A stretch of 32,000 bases of DNA from Desulfotalea psychrophila LSv54 (GCF_000025945.1 NC_006138.1:90001-122000); one strand, 5' to 3'; numbered from the stretch's first letter, positions 1-9,320 are shown. Numbers and translations: made by a program. The notes: a model not told the origin generated them from the letters alone.

Positions 1-2
1 AT

Positions 3-128
3 GAGATTATTATTTTAGACAGTGGCGAAATAGCCGACCGTGGTAGCCACCAACACCTCCTGAGACACAATTCCCTCTATCAGTCCATGGCTAAAAAACA
101 ACAGGAACAGAGGGAGGAGAAACTATGA
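3..128 (+). CDS. C-terminal fragment of an ABC exporter ATPase/permease subunit (truncated by window edge)
   Basis: Open frame from base 3 reads EIIILDSGEIADRGSHQHLLRHNSLYQSMAKKQQEQREEKL-stop. This resembles the post-Walker-B 'G.I.E.GSH..L' tail of ABC exporters. The stop overlaps the next ATG as ATGA at 125-128. Confidence 0.75.
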   Translation, partial: EIIILDSGEIADRGSHQHLLRHNSLYQSMAKKQQEQREEKL

Positions 129-1933
129 AAAGCTATGGATACGACGAGGCCGGGCAGACAGGCTCCCTGACAGACGGGCAACTCTGGGGCCGCATCCTGC
201 AAATGACGGCTGCCTACAAATGGCACCTGCTCGCTGCTATCATTCTCTCCCTACTCATCACCGCCACCAGCCTCAGTCTCCCCCACCTTATCCAAAGGGG
301 TATCGACGATTTTATGACAGCGACCAAACTGCCCATGGACACCAGGTTTTCCGGCATTGGTCAAATAGCTGTTCTTTACGCAGCATGCATTACCCTTTTT
401 TTCGCAGCCAACTTTCTCCAGATCGTCCTCCTCGAGTGGATTGGACAAAAGGTAATGCACCATATTCGCCAAACCCTCTTCCGTCGCATGTTAGGCTTCG
501 ACCTCCGCTTCTTCAGCGATCATCCGACGGGCAGCTTAGTCACCAGGCTCACAAACGATATTCAAAATATGCACGATATGTTCACCTCGGTGATCGTCAA
601 CCTCTTTAATGACTGCCTACGCCTTATTGGCATTCTGGCCATCCTTATCCTGATGAATGCCCGTTTAGGGCTCTTCATGACCCTCTTCCTCCCCCTCGCC
701 CTGATCAGCACCATCATCTTTTCCCGCCTGGCCCGGAAAAAATTCAGGGCCATGCGGGTCGGGATCGGCAAAATCAACACCTTTCTCAGCGAAGCGATAT
801 CAGGGGCATCAACCATCCAGCTCTTTGGCCGTGAGCGAACATTCTTTTCTCAGTTCAAAGAGATAAATCAAACCTACCTAGGCCACTGCCTGGGACAGGT
901 AAAGGTGTTTGGCGCCTTTATGCCCTTCACCGAGTTTATGGCAACCATCGCCACGGCCTTTATCCTTTGGTATGGCGGTGGCCAGGTAATACAAAAGCAT
1001 CTCAGCCTGGGGGAACTGGTGGCCTTCCTCTCCTATATGCGCCTCTTCTTCCAACCACTCCGGGAACTCTCACAAAAATACTCCATCGTCCAGGCGGCCA
1101 TGGCCTCGGCTGAGCGAATCTTCCATCTACTCGATACAGAGTCACAGATAAAGGCACCGGAAAGACTTTCTGGCCCGTCCTCCCCTGTTCAGGGAGAGAT
1201 TATCTTCAATGACATCCACTTTAGCTACAACCCCAAGGTACCGACACTCAGAGGCATCAACCTCCATATCCAAGCCGGCCAGACCATAGCCATCGTCGGT
1301 ACCACCGGAGCAGGTAAAACCAGCCTTATCAACCTCCTGCTACGATTTTATGACCCCGAAAAGGGGCAGATAACAATCGACGGCAATAATATCAGCCAAT
1401 ATCCCTTCAAGACCCTTCGTTCCATGGTGGGGGTTATTTTACAGGATATTATTTTATTGCAAGATACCCTCCTTGCCAATATTATCATGGACACCAACCG
1501 ATCACGCGCCGAGGTTGAAAAAATATTAACAGAGACGGGGATGAACCGTTTTGTAAAAAAACTCCCCAAAGGCTTAGACAGCGCCATTGGCCCGGGCGGT
1601 CAGAATCTCTCTACCGGAGAAAAGCAGCTCCTCTCCTTTGCCAGGGTACTCTGCCGCAGACCGGCTATAATCGTCCTTGATGAGGCAACCGCCGCCATCG
1701 ATACCGAGTCTGAAAATATCCTTGAAGAGGCCTTAGCTAAAACATTTGTCAACCGTACTTCCATCATCATCGCCCATAGACTTTCCACCATAAAGAGGGC
1801 TGATAAGACTATTGTTATGGACAGGGGCAGGATAATCGAACAGGGTAGCCACCAGGAACTGCTGGCTCTTAAGGGTCGATATTATCACCTCGTTCGTCTT
1901 GACCAGAAGCAATTAGGGGGAAATAAGCTGTAG
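125..1933 (+). CDS. ABC exporter, fused TM and ATP-binding domains (MsbA/MdlB-type half transporter)
   Basis: 602 aa with TM segments, Walker A (VGTTGAGKTS), variant signature LSTGEKQLLSFARVL, Walker B (IIVLDEATAAIDTESE) and an H-loop (IIAHRLSTI). Confidence 0.95.
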   Translation: MKSYGYDEAGQTGSLTDGQLWGRILQMTAAYKWHLLAAIILSLLITATSLSLPHLIQRGIDDFMTATKLPMDTRFSGIGQIAVLYAACITLFFAANFLQIVLLEWIGQKVMHHIRQTLFRRMLGFDLRFFSDHPTGSLVTRLTNDIQNMHDMFTSVIVNLFNDCLRLIGILAILILMNARLGLFMTLFLPLALISTIIFSRLARKKFRAMRVGIGKINTFLSEAISGASTIQLFGRERTFFSQFKEINQTYLGHCLGQVKVFGAFMPFTEFMATIATAFILWYGGGQVIQKHLSLGELVAFLSYMRLFFQPLRELSQKYSIVQAAMASAERIFHLLDTESQIKAPERLSGPSSPVQGEIIFNDIHFSYNPKVPTLRGINLHIQAGQTIAIVGTTGAGKTSLINLLLRFYDPEKGQITIDGNNISQYPFKTLRSMVGVILQDIILLQDTLLANIIMDTNRSRAEVEKILTETGMNRFVKKLPKGLDSAIGPGGQNLSTGEKQLLSFARVLCRRPAIIVLDEATAAIDTESENILEEALAKTFVNRTSIIIAHRLSTIKRADKTIVMDRGRIIEQGSHQELLALKGRYYHLVRLDQKQLGGNKL

Positions 1934-2144
1934 CAGTGGAGCGTAGCGGAATGGCGAGCTATCAGCTGTCAGCTGTCAGCTGTCAGCTAAAAGCAAAAAC
2001 AAGGACAAGGACAAGGACAAGGACAAGGACAAGGACAAAAAGTTAACCACAGAGAGCACAGAGAGCACAGAGTACACAGAGATTTTTTTGGTAAAGGACA
2101 GACACAGAAAGCTGTAGCAGTGAAGCGCTAGCGGAATGGCGAGA
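1926..2144. repeat. Simple-repeat block: TCAGCTG x about 4 (1962-1988), AAGGAC x 6 (2001-2036), CACAGAGxx x about 4 (2048-2082), bracketed by two copies of an approximately 34-bp repeat (1926-1959, 2110-2144)
   Basis: Read directly: AGCTGTAGCAGTGGAGCGTAGCGGAATGGCGAG and AGCTGTAGCAGTGAAGCGCTAGCGGAATGGCGAG flank the three microsatellite tracts. Confidence 0.9.
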
Positions 2145-2210
2145 ACCAGGCTCTTTATCGAGAAAAGCCTACAGATACGCGAAATGGTCAAACAAAACTG
2201 AAGGATATTT

Positions 2211-2453
2211 ATGAAAAAAAAGCACACACCGTGGTGGCTGAGTGCCATATTGGCTGTTATCTCTTATCTGGGAATTAAATATTTTCTTCCCCAATTCTTC
2301 CCCCCCGTCTGGCATGGTTTTATCCCACAGCTTGCCCCCTTGGCGGCCATTGGCTTCTTACTCTATAGCGCAGCCTTGCTCTATGAGGATGATATAAAGA
2401 CAACAGAGGAGGAGCATGAAGCATATAAAGCTTTTTGCAACAGAGAGGAATAG
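2211..2453 (+). CDS. Small hypothetical membrane protein (80 aa)
   Basis: ORF with two likely hydrophobic segments (WWLSAILAVISYLGIKYF, LAPLAAIGFLLYSAALLY) and an acidic C-terminus. It converges with the nitroreductase gene. Confidence 0.65.
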   Translation: MKKKHTPWWLSAILAVISYLGIKYFLPQFFPPVWHGFIPQLAPLAAIGFLLYSAALLYEDDIKTTEEEHEAYKAFCNREE

Positions 2454-2470
2454 AGGCAAATGCAGGCCTT

Positions 2471-2980
2471 TTACTTCCAACTCTCATAATGGATAAACTC
2501 TGGCTTAAAACGATCCTTGAACTCGACAGGGGTCCCAGAATAGCCAATGGGAATAACGGCGAAGGGCCGCGCCTCCGCGGGTATGGCGAAGGCTTCTCTA
2601 AAACTAGCCATACGTCCGGGATTTGGATAAACCCTCAGCCAATGGGCAGCAAGGCCTAGCTCTCTAACCGTAAGAAGCATATTTTGGGTTGCCGCACTAC
2701 AATCCTGCGACCAGTACATCGGCCACCTACCAGTAACCTCTCCACAAACAAGCAGAGCAAGAGGAGCACCGACCACCACTGCTGCATAGGGATGTATTTC
2801 CTTTATAGTAGCCAATTTTTTCTTATCCCGCACCACCACAAAACGCCACGACTGCTGATTGCCGGCAGAAGGTGCGGCCATCGCGGCCCGTAATATTTTT
2901 TCTATATCGCTATCTGACACCGGCTTATCGAGAAAACTGCGACAACTTCTTCTGACGTGTAGAGCTTCAAACAATTCCAT
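2471..2980 (-). CDS. Nitroreductase family protein
   Basis: 169 aa with an N-terminal RRSCRSF motif, AAPSAGNQQSWRFVVV, and a C-terminal 'AVIPIGYSG' as in FMN nitroreductases. Confidence 0.9.
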   Translation of the reverse strand: MELFEALHVRRSCRSFLDKPVSDSDIEKILRAAMAAPSAGNQQSWRFVVVRDKKKLATIKEIHPYAAVVVGAPLALLVCGEVTGRWPMYWSQDCSAATQNMLLTVRELGLAAHWLRVYPNPGRMASFREAFAIPAEARPFAVIPIGYSGTPVEFKDRFKPEFIHYESWK

Positions 2981-3022
2981 AGCCTTTCCTTCTACTGAAT
3001 TCCATAGCCTTCCTTTTTACTG
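2973..3022 (-). repeat. Imperfect 25-bp tandem duplication covering the nitroreductase start region
   Basis: AATTCCATAGCCTTTCCTTCTACTG (2973-2997) followed directly by AATTCCATAGCCTTCCTTTTTACTG (2998-3022). Confidence 0.9.
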
Positions 3023-3066
3023 TTATAGGCCAAGCCACTTTCCTTGACCAATCCAAAGCAATAAGC

Positions 3067-3267
3067 ATGGATAGATTTGAAAACATGATATCAAAAAGGC
3101 GAATAACAAAACAAAACAAAAAAGAAATTTTAGAAGTAAAAAGAAAAGCTCGCATATTTTTTTCTTTACAAGAAGTAGCTTTTTGTGCAGAAACAGCATA
3201 CACATCTTTCGCCTCACTCTCTTTTGAAAAAGCAAGAAAGATGATCTACATAAGTGGTAGTATGTAG
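3067..3267 (+). CDS. Possible small hypothetical ORF (low support)
   Basis: 66-aa AT-rich, Lys/Arg-rich ORF in an otherwise unassigned gap. There is no recognisable domain and an opposing ORF has equal length. Confidence 0.2.
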   Translation: MDRFENMISKRRITKQNKKEILEVKRKARIFFSLQEVAFCAETAYTSFASLSFEKARKMIYISGSM

Positions 3268-3303
3268 ACAAAAGTAGAGATCAACTTTAAACAGGAAAAT
3301 ATA

Positions 3304-3985
3304 ATGAAAACACAAAGAGATACAGACAAGAAGATTATTGCTCTTATCAAAATGGGTGACAAAATCCTCGAAACTGCAGTTGAGGGTCATCAAAAACAAT
3401 ATCTCAATGAAAAAAAATTCCACGACTTCAGGATTTCCGCTCTCTCTTTTTTGAGCGTCACCTTTGGGGTAACAAGTCAATTCTACAAAGAATTCGAAAA
3501 AGAGGTGACCCTACCCAACCCCTACCAGAACAGAACGTGCCCTAGGTATCCTCACGGCAGCGCAAAGAGAGCTACAGGGAGATTGGTTGGTCTCCATGAA
3601 AACCGAAGTCTACGGGAAATTTGAACGTGGTCTTCTCATAAATGCCAAGAGACAGCTCAGCGAAGGAAAAAAACTCTCTGCCCTGGTTTTGGCCATGAAC
3701 CTGCTTGAGAGTCATCTACAAAATTTTTCCCTGCAGAACGAAATGTCTATCATGCGGGAAGTTGGTGGTGTAACCCATCCATATACCTCTGTGCAGATCA
3801 ACAGCAGGGTGTATAAGAAGGGTCTCTATGAAAGAAAAACCAATAAATCTATTTTTACCTGGTTAGAGATTCAGCAAAAGGCAAGCGATGACGGGATTGA
3901 TAGCATTAGCGAAGAACAGATCAATAAATTAATCGATGGCATCATCCTCTTCACCATCACCTATCCTACAGAGCCTGCGGAGTAA
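3304..3985 (+). CDS. Hypothetical protein split over two frames (3304..3624 in frame 1 and an open frame 2 read ending at 3985), apparent +1 shift near 3509-3560
   Basis: The frame 1 read looks coding up to about ...QFYKEFEKEVT. Frame 2, open after the TGA at 3506-3508, reads ...TRTERALGILTAAQRELQGDWLVSMKTEVYGKFERGLLINAKRQLSEGKKLSALVLAMNLLESHLQNF... to 3985, while frame 1 turns low-quality (PRYPHGSAKRATGRLV). Confidence 0.6.
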
Positions 3986-3991
3986 GAAAAT

Positions 3992-4204
3992 ATGGTTGCG
4001 GAGACAGAGGAAAGAATTCAACGCCTTGAAGAGGATTTCGAGTTTCAAGATACGACAATAGCCACCCTTAACCAGGTTATTATCGATCAACAGCAACAGA
4101 TCAATACCCTTTTCTTGGAACTTGAAAAGCTCAAACATGCCCTGGTCGCCATGGGTACGGGCACGGAAGACCAAGGCCCTGACCCGCTACCGCCACACTA
4201 TTAG
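3992..4204 (+). CDS. slyX: SlyX family protein
   Basis: 70-aa coiled-coil with 'ERIQRLEEDFEFQDTTIATLNQVIIDQQQQINTLFLELEKLK' and the typical SlyX C-terminus 'PLPPHY'. Confidence 0.85.
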   Translation: MVAETEERIQRLEEDFEFQDTTIATLNQVIIDQQQQINTLFLELEKLKHALVAMGTGTEDQGPDPLPPHY

Positions 4205-4233
4205 GGGAAAATGGGGCAGCAAGGCATAACCTT

Positions 4234-5085
4234 ATGAGGAACAAGAAGATGAGCATATACTGCCTAGACGGGAATTTCATTGCTGAAGAGAAGGCCACAA
4301 TTTCGGTACATGACCTCTCCCTGCTCCGCGGCTATGGCGTTTTTGATTTCCTCCGCAGTTATAATGGTCATCCCTTCCAACTACAGGCCCATATAGATCG
4401 CCTTGCCCGATCTGCGCAGCTCGTAGGCCTTAGCCTCCCGGTCTCCTGTGAAGAGATCTTCCGACTCACCATGGAGACCATCGCCCACAATAACCATCAG
4501 GAGTATCAGATCCGCCTTGTCATCACCGGCGGAGAGAGCCTTGGTGGATTTCTCCCGGAAAGGGGTGCGGCAAGGCTTATCATTATGGTCAGCCCCCTAC
4601 ACCCGTTACCTGAGCAGTGGTACAGCAATGGGGTTAAGGTGACCACCTGTAGAACCAGCCGTTTTCTTCCCGGGGCAAAGACCACCAACTACATCCCGGC
4701 CATCCTGGCCATGCAGGAGGCCACGGCCCGGGGGGCAGTTGAGTCCATCTACCTCGACGCGGGAGGCTTTCTCCAAGAGGGAACAACCTCAAATTTCTTT
4801 GCCTTTTTTGGCTCGACCCTTGTTACCCCACCAAGTAGCCGCATACTCCCTGGAATCACCAGGGAAGCGGTACTTGATCTGGCCCAAGGAGAGTTCAATA
4901 TCGAAATTCGTCCCATCCATCAGGATGAAATCCGCCTTATGGACGAGGCCGTGATCACGGCCTCCAACAAGGAGATATTACCCGTCTGCGCCATAAACTC
5001 CGAGCAAATCTCACAGAAAGTCGGCCTGCACAGCAAAAAGCTCATGCAGCTCTTTAAGAGTTTCACTCGTAAATACCAGGGTTAG
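4234..5085 (+). CDS. Class IV (branched-chain/D-amino-acid type) PLP-dependent aminotransferase
   Basis: YCLDGNFIAEEKATISVHDLSLLRGYGVFDFLR..., KTTNYIPAILAMQEA, LQEGTTSNFFAFF, LPGITREAVLDLA and ITASNKEILPV are characteristic. The start may instead be at the internal ATG at 4249. Confidence 0.93.
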   Translation: MRNKKMSIYCLDGNFIAEEKATISVHDLSLLRGYGVFDFLRSYNGHPFQLQAHIDRLARSAQLVGLSLPVSCEEIFRLTMETIAHNNHQEYQIRLVITGGESLGGFLPERGAARLIIMVSPLHPLPEQWYSNGVKVTTCRTSRFLPGAKTTNYIPAILAMQEATARGAVESIYLDAGGFLQEGTTSNFFAFFGSTLVTPPSSRILPGITREAVLDLAQGEFNIEIRPIHQDEIRLMDEAVITASNKEILPVCAINSEQISQKVGLHSKKLMQLFKSFTRKYQG

Positions 5086-5086
5086 G

Positions 5087-5719
5087 ATGGAGCTTCACAC
5101 CTTTATCACCTGCTTTATTGCAGTAAGCCTCCTCACCCTGACACCTGGCGTTGATACAATCCTTGTCATTCGCAACAGCGTTCGGGGTGGCTGGCAAGAT
5201 GGTATCAGCACAAGCTTTGGTATCTGCTCCGGCCTCTTTATCCATGCCATGATTTCCGCCATGGGTCTTTCCCTGATCCTCCTACAAACGGCCTGGGCAT
5301 TCTCCCTGATTAAATACGCGGGTGCCGTCTATCTTATATACTTAGGTCTTTGCGGTCTGCGCCAGGCAGGCAAGAGCCAGCCCGACCTCTTTATCGGCAC
5401 AGCAACAGGAGCAGTCTCCTTTACCTTCTTCCGCTCCTTCGGCGAGGGTTTTCTCTCCAATATCCTCAACCCCAAGGCAGTTCTCTTCTATCTCGCCTTT
5501 TTACCCCAGTTTATCAGTCCTGAAAAATCGCCAGTAATCCAATCACTTATTGTAGTTTCAACCCACTTCACAGTGGCAATGATCTATGGATGCGTCCTTG
5601 CAGGAATCACCAATAGAGCCCAACGACTCTTTGCCTCCCGGGCCTACAATCGTATTTTCAACGGGCTTACCGGCTCAATACTTATTTTTATTGGCATAAA
5701 GCTCGCCTCAGCCAAATAA
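5087..5719 (+). CDS. LysE/RhtB family amino-acid exporter
   Basis: 210 aa. 'TPGVDTILVIRNSVRGGWQDGISTSFGICSGLFIHAM' and 'GFLSNILNPKAVLFYLAFLPQFI' are RhtB family hallmarks. Confidence 0.93.
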   Translation: MELHTFITCFIAVSLLTLTPGVDTILVIRNSVRGGWQDGISTSFGICSGLFIHAMISAMGLSLILLQTAWAFSLIKYAGAVYLIYLGLCGLRQAGKSQPDLFIGTATGAVSFTFFRSFGEGFLSNILNPKAVLFYLAFLPQFISPEKSPVIQSLIVVSTHFTVAMIYGCVLAGITNRAQRLFASRAYNRIFNGLTGSILIFIGIKLASAK

Positions 5720-5965
5720 AAGCAGCCCAGCTAGCTATAAAGTCTATAAATTTTCAGAAAAAACCAGCGCTGCTACCACTGATAAAACATCCTCCAAGAG
5801 GAAATCCCTTCCTCCTCGCCCCACCACTACACATCAATTAAGCAAAGGCTCCTCGAGCAACGATCAAGTTCAATGACGGCCCATAAGAGGAGCGTCTCGT
5901 TCAGATTGCGGGCTTTGCTGATAAATGGTAATTAATCTTTATAAGATTAATTATTCACATCCAAA

Positions 5966-7525
5966 GTGATCATTTCATTTCCCGCAAGGAGAGTAAGCGT
6001 GCAGCTACACCATAAATTCATTGAAGTGGCTAAAAGATTAGGCAAGAAAGAGGCCATACACGACTTCAGCACCGGGGCAAAACTTGACTATAAAAAAGCA
6101 CTTATTGCCTCCCTGATCCTCTCTGCAATATTTAAAAAATTCGACAAGGGCTTTGTCGGCCTGATGTTGCCCACCTCGGCAGGCTGCATACTCTCGAACC
6201 TCGGCCTTCTGCTCTGTGGACGTATCCCGGTAATGGTCAACTATTCGACGGGGGCAGAACAAAATGCCCGCTTCGCCCAACAAAAATGTGCCTTTTCAAC
6301 GATCATCACCTCAAAAAAGTTGCTGGAGAAGATAGATTGCCCCCACGTCGAGGGCATGGTCTATATCGAAGATATCATGGCGGGCATAAACGGTCTGCAA
6401 AAGGCCAAGGCTGCCTTTATTGCCTCCCTGCCGGCAAACACTATCAAGACCCTGGTACACGGCAGCCATGATGAAGACACAGCCGTCATCCTCTTTACCA
6501 GCGGCAGTGAAAAAGAACCCAGGGCCGTCCAGCTTACTCACAAAAATATCAATACAAATATCAACTCCATCAATAAGATATTTCACTTTAACAGCGAGGA
6601 TATTTTCCTTTCGTCTCTGCCCTTTTTTCATGTTTTTGGCCTCACCACCAGCTTCTGGTTACCCATCTCCAAGGGTCTTACCATGCTGACCTACGCCAAC
6701 CCCCTTGATTTCAAAAAGATCTGTAGCATCGTCCGGGAGCACAAGGCCACCTTTCTAGTGGGTACCCCCTCCTTTTTCTGGGGTTATCTGCGTAAATCAG
6801 AACGAGGTGATTTTGCTTCCCTGCGCATCGCCCTGGCCGGAGCAGATAAATGCCCTGACTCCCTGCGGACAAAATTTTTAGAGAAACACGGTATCACCCT
6901 CTATGAGGGATACGGAGCCACGGAGTGTTCTCCCGTTATTGCGGCCAACTGCCCCGAAGCCAACTGCCCCGGTAGCGTCGGCAAGCCCCTTCCTGATTTA
7001 CAGATACGCATTGAAAACTATGAGACAGGAGAGGAGTGCCCTCCCGAAGAAGATGGCCGAATACTGGTTAAGGGAGAGAGCGTCATGAAGGGCTACTTCA
7101 ATGACTTTGAACAGACAAGTCTCCATATCAGGAATGGTTGGTACGATACCGGCGATATGGGAAATATTGATAAAAATGGTTTTCTCTGGCATGTCGGCCG
7201 ACTAAAAAGATTTGTCAAAATTGGCGGCGAGATGATTTCTCTAGTTAAAATTGAAGATGTGCTTGAGAAGTTTCTTACAGAAGACACCCTCTGCTGCATT
7301 GTGGAGGTGCCAGACGCCACCAAAGGCGCAAAGATTATTGCCGTGGTCACAGCAGAAATTGATGAGAAAAAAGTGCTCAAACAGATGGCAGAGCATCTAC
7401 CCAAACTGTCCCTACCCAAGAAATTCCTCTATCAGGAGAGCCTGCCTAAAATGGGCAGTGGCAAGCTGGACTTTAAAGCAATCACAGAGATAGCCAGAAC
7501 AAGAATGGCCAAAAAGAAACCCTAG
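5966..7525 (+). CDS. AMP-binding (ANL superfamily) acyl-CoA/acyl-ACP synthetase-like protein
   Basis: 519 aa with AVILFTSGSEKEPRAVQLTHKNI (AMP-binding P-loop), YEGYGATECSPVI, GWYDTGDMG and the C-terminal catalytic-type Lys region GSGKLDFKAI. An alternative GTG start at 5999 has a good AAGGAG ribosome-binding site. Confidence 0.9.
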   Translation: MIISFPARRVSVQLHHKFIEVAKRLGKKEAIHDFSTGAKLDYKKALIASLILSAIFKKFDKGFVGLMLPTSAGCILSNLGLLLCGRIPVMVNYSTGAEQNARFAQQKCAFSTIITSKKLLEKIDCPHVEGMVYIEDIMAGINGLQKAKAAFIASLPANTIKTLVHGSHDEDTAVILFTSGSEKEPRAVQLTHKNINTNINSINKIFHFNSEDIFLSSLPFFHVFGLTTSFWLPISKGLTMLTYANPLDFKKICSIVREHKATFLVGTPSFFWGYLRKSERGDFASLRIALAGADKCPDSLRTKFLEKHGITLYEGYGATECSPVIAANCPEANCPGSVGKPLPDLQIRIENYETGEECPPEEDGRILVKGESVMKGYFNDFEQTSLHIRNGWYDTGDMGNIDKNGFLWHVGRLKRFVKIGGEMISLVKIEDVLEKFLTEDTLCCIVEVPDATKGAKIIAVVTAEIDEKKVLKQMAEHLPKLSLPKKFLYQESLPKMGSGKLDFKAITEIARTRMAKKKP

Positions 7526-7643
7526 GGAAGGAGATTATCTCCTTTACCTTGACCTACTGGTAGATTTTTAGCTTTTAAGCATGTAGAATGTTTAACTGTA
7601 TACTTTCCCATCCTAGCTAAATGTCACCTAACAGGTCTACTGC

Positions 7644-8453
7644 ATGTTTGCACCCAAAAACATCCCCCACTCAAAACAGGGCCCCGGATCCCTTGTCTTT
7701 GATTGCCTATTTTTCCTAGTGCTCCTCGTGATCCTGGGCTGGTTGGCTGACAGGAGTATCGAAAACCTGGGTTACTATTGGCAGTGGTATCAAATACCTG
7801 ATTTTATAGGTAGCTTCACAGGTGGCAGTTTCAAGGCCGGCCCCTTACTCAAGGGACTGAAAATCACCCTACAGATATCCGGAATCAGCCTGGTCTGTGC
7901 CTTCTTTATTGGCCTTACCACCGCCCTACTTCGCCTCTCATCCTCGAGAGTAGGCCATGGACTTGCCGTTTTTTATCTTGAAATAAGTCGTAACACTCCA
8001 CTACTGATCCAGATATTTTTTATCTACTTTGTTTTTGGCCCCATCCTCGGGCTGGAGAGGTTTAGCTCAGCAATCCTTGCCCTTTCTCTCTTTGAAGGTG
8101 CCTACACCTCTGAAATTTTTCGGACGGGAATTCTCTCCATAGACCGGGGACAACACGAGGCCGCTGCCAGCTTTGGTCTGTCAAATATACAGCGATACCG
8201 ATTTATCATCCTGCCCCAGGCAATAAAAAAGATTCTCCCACCACTGACCAACCAGGCTATTTCCCTGGTTAAAGATTCTGCACTGGTCAGCACCATTGCC
8301 ATCTATGATCTCACCATGCAGGCCCAGATGTTGGTGGCAGAGACCTATCTTTCCTTTGAGATTTGGTTCACAGTTGCCCTTATATACCTCTGTATCAATA
8401 TCCTCTTATCAATCGCTGTTTTTCTTATGGACAAAAAGTTCAACTATTCCTAA
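7644..8453 (+). CDS. Polar amino-acid ABC transporter permease (HisM/GlnP type)
   Basis: 269 aa with the EAA-loop-like 'GQHEAAASFGLSNIQRYRFIILPQAIKKILPPLTNQAISLVKDSALVS'. Confidence 0.93.
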   Translation: MFAPKNIPHSKQGPGSLVFDCLFFLVLLVILGWLADRSIENLGYYWQWYQIPDFIGSFTGGSFKAGPLLKGLKITLQISGISLVCAFFIGLTTALLRLSSSRVGHGLAVFYLEISRNTPLLIQIFFIYFVFGPILGLERFSSAILALSLFEGAYTSEIFRTGILSIDRGQHEAAASFGLSNIQRYRFIILPQAIKKILPPLTNQAISLVKDSALVSTIAIYDLTMQAQMLVAETYLSFEIWFTVALIYLCINILLSIAVFLMDKKFNYS

Positions 8454-8468
8454 ACAAAGGAGAAAAAA

Positions 8469-9296
8469 ATGAAGGTTCAAAAAATTGCTTTCTTCACCCT
8501 AGCCCTGCTCTGTATAATGATGCTAGGCACGGTTCAGGCAAGTCAAATTCAGGGTGACATAACCCGTTCAAGCGTTATCAGTAAAATTCAAAAAAAACGA
8601 GTCCTCCGTGTTGGCATGGACGTTTTTCAACCCTGGGCAATGAAAAATAAGAAAGGGGAACTGGTGGGCTTTGAAATTGACGTTGCCCGCAGGCTGGCAA
8701 AAGATATGGGCGTTCGAGTTGAATTTGTGCCCACCCCCTGGTCCGGAATCGTGCCAGCCCTCCTCACCGGAAAATTCGATGTTCTTATTGGCGGCATAGG
8801 CATTACCAGCAAACGGGCCCTCAAGGTCAACTTCACCATTCCCTATGATTATTCGGGAATGGGAATTGTCGCCCACAGGAAATTGGCCAAGGGCTTCTCC
8901 TCCATTGAAGACTTTAACCGTCCCGAGATTGAAATTGCGGTAAAGCTAGGGACAAGCGCAGTTACTGCCACCAAAAAATATATGCCCAGAGCAAAGCTTC
9001 GAATGTTTGACACAGAAATCCAAGCCTATCAGGAACTTCGCAATGGCAAGGTCGCGGCCGTAGTGGGTTCTGCACCTCGTCCGGTCTATGAGGCCCTTGA
9101 TTATCAGGACATCCTCTTTAATCCCATAGCGGACACCTTCAGCCAAGAGCCCATTGCCTTTGCCCTGAGAAAAGGTGACCCCGATGCCCTGGCCTTCTTC
9201 AATGCCTGGATCAGGATTGTCGACCATGAGGGCTGGCTTAAGGAACGTCATAACTACTGGTTCAACAGTAAAGAGTGGATAGATCAAGTAGAATAG
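8469..9296 (+). CDS. Amino-acid ABC transporter periplasmic substrate-binding protein (family 3)
   Basis: Signal peptide, then VLRVGMDVFQPWAMKNKKGELVGFEIDVARRLAKDMGVRVEFV...WSGIVPALLTGKFDVLIGG. Confidence 0.95.
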   Translation: MKVQKIAFFTLALLCIMMLGTVQASQIQGDITRSSVISKIQKKRVLRVGMDVFQPWAMKNKKGELVGFEIDVARRLAKDMGVRVEFVPTPWSGIVPALLTGKFDVLIGGIGITSKRALKVNFTIPYDYSGMGIVAHRKLAKGFSSIEDFNRPEIEIAVKLGTSAVTATKKYMPRAKLRMFDTEIQAYQELRNGKVAAVVGSAPRPVYEALDYQDILFNPIADTFSQEPIAFALRKGDPDALAFFNAWIRIVDHEGWLKERHNYWFNSKEWIDQVE

Positions 9297-9320
9297 AGAG
9301 CTCGGGAAGCAAAAAAATAT

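Noticed and set aside
1926-2144. CRISPR array or transposon interpretation of the simple-repeat block
   Set aside because: Units are 6-9 bp without unique spacers. There is no cas or transposase gene and no clear terminal inverted repeats.
1976-2248. Minus-strand 90-aa ORF with LSLSLSLSLSLSL
   Set aside because: It is a translation of the AAGGAC microsatellite, low complexity with no gene-like composition.
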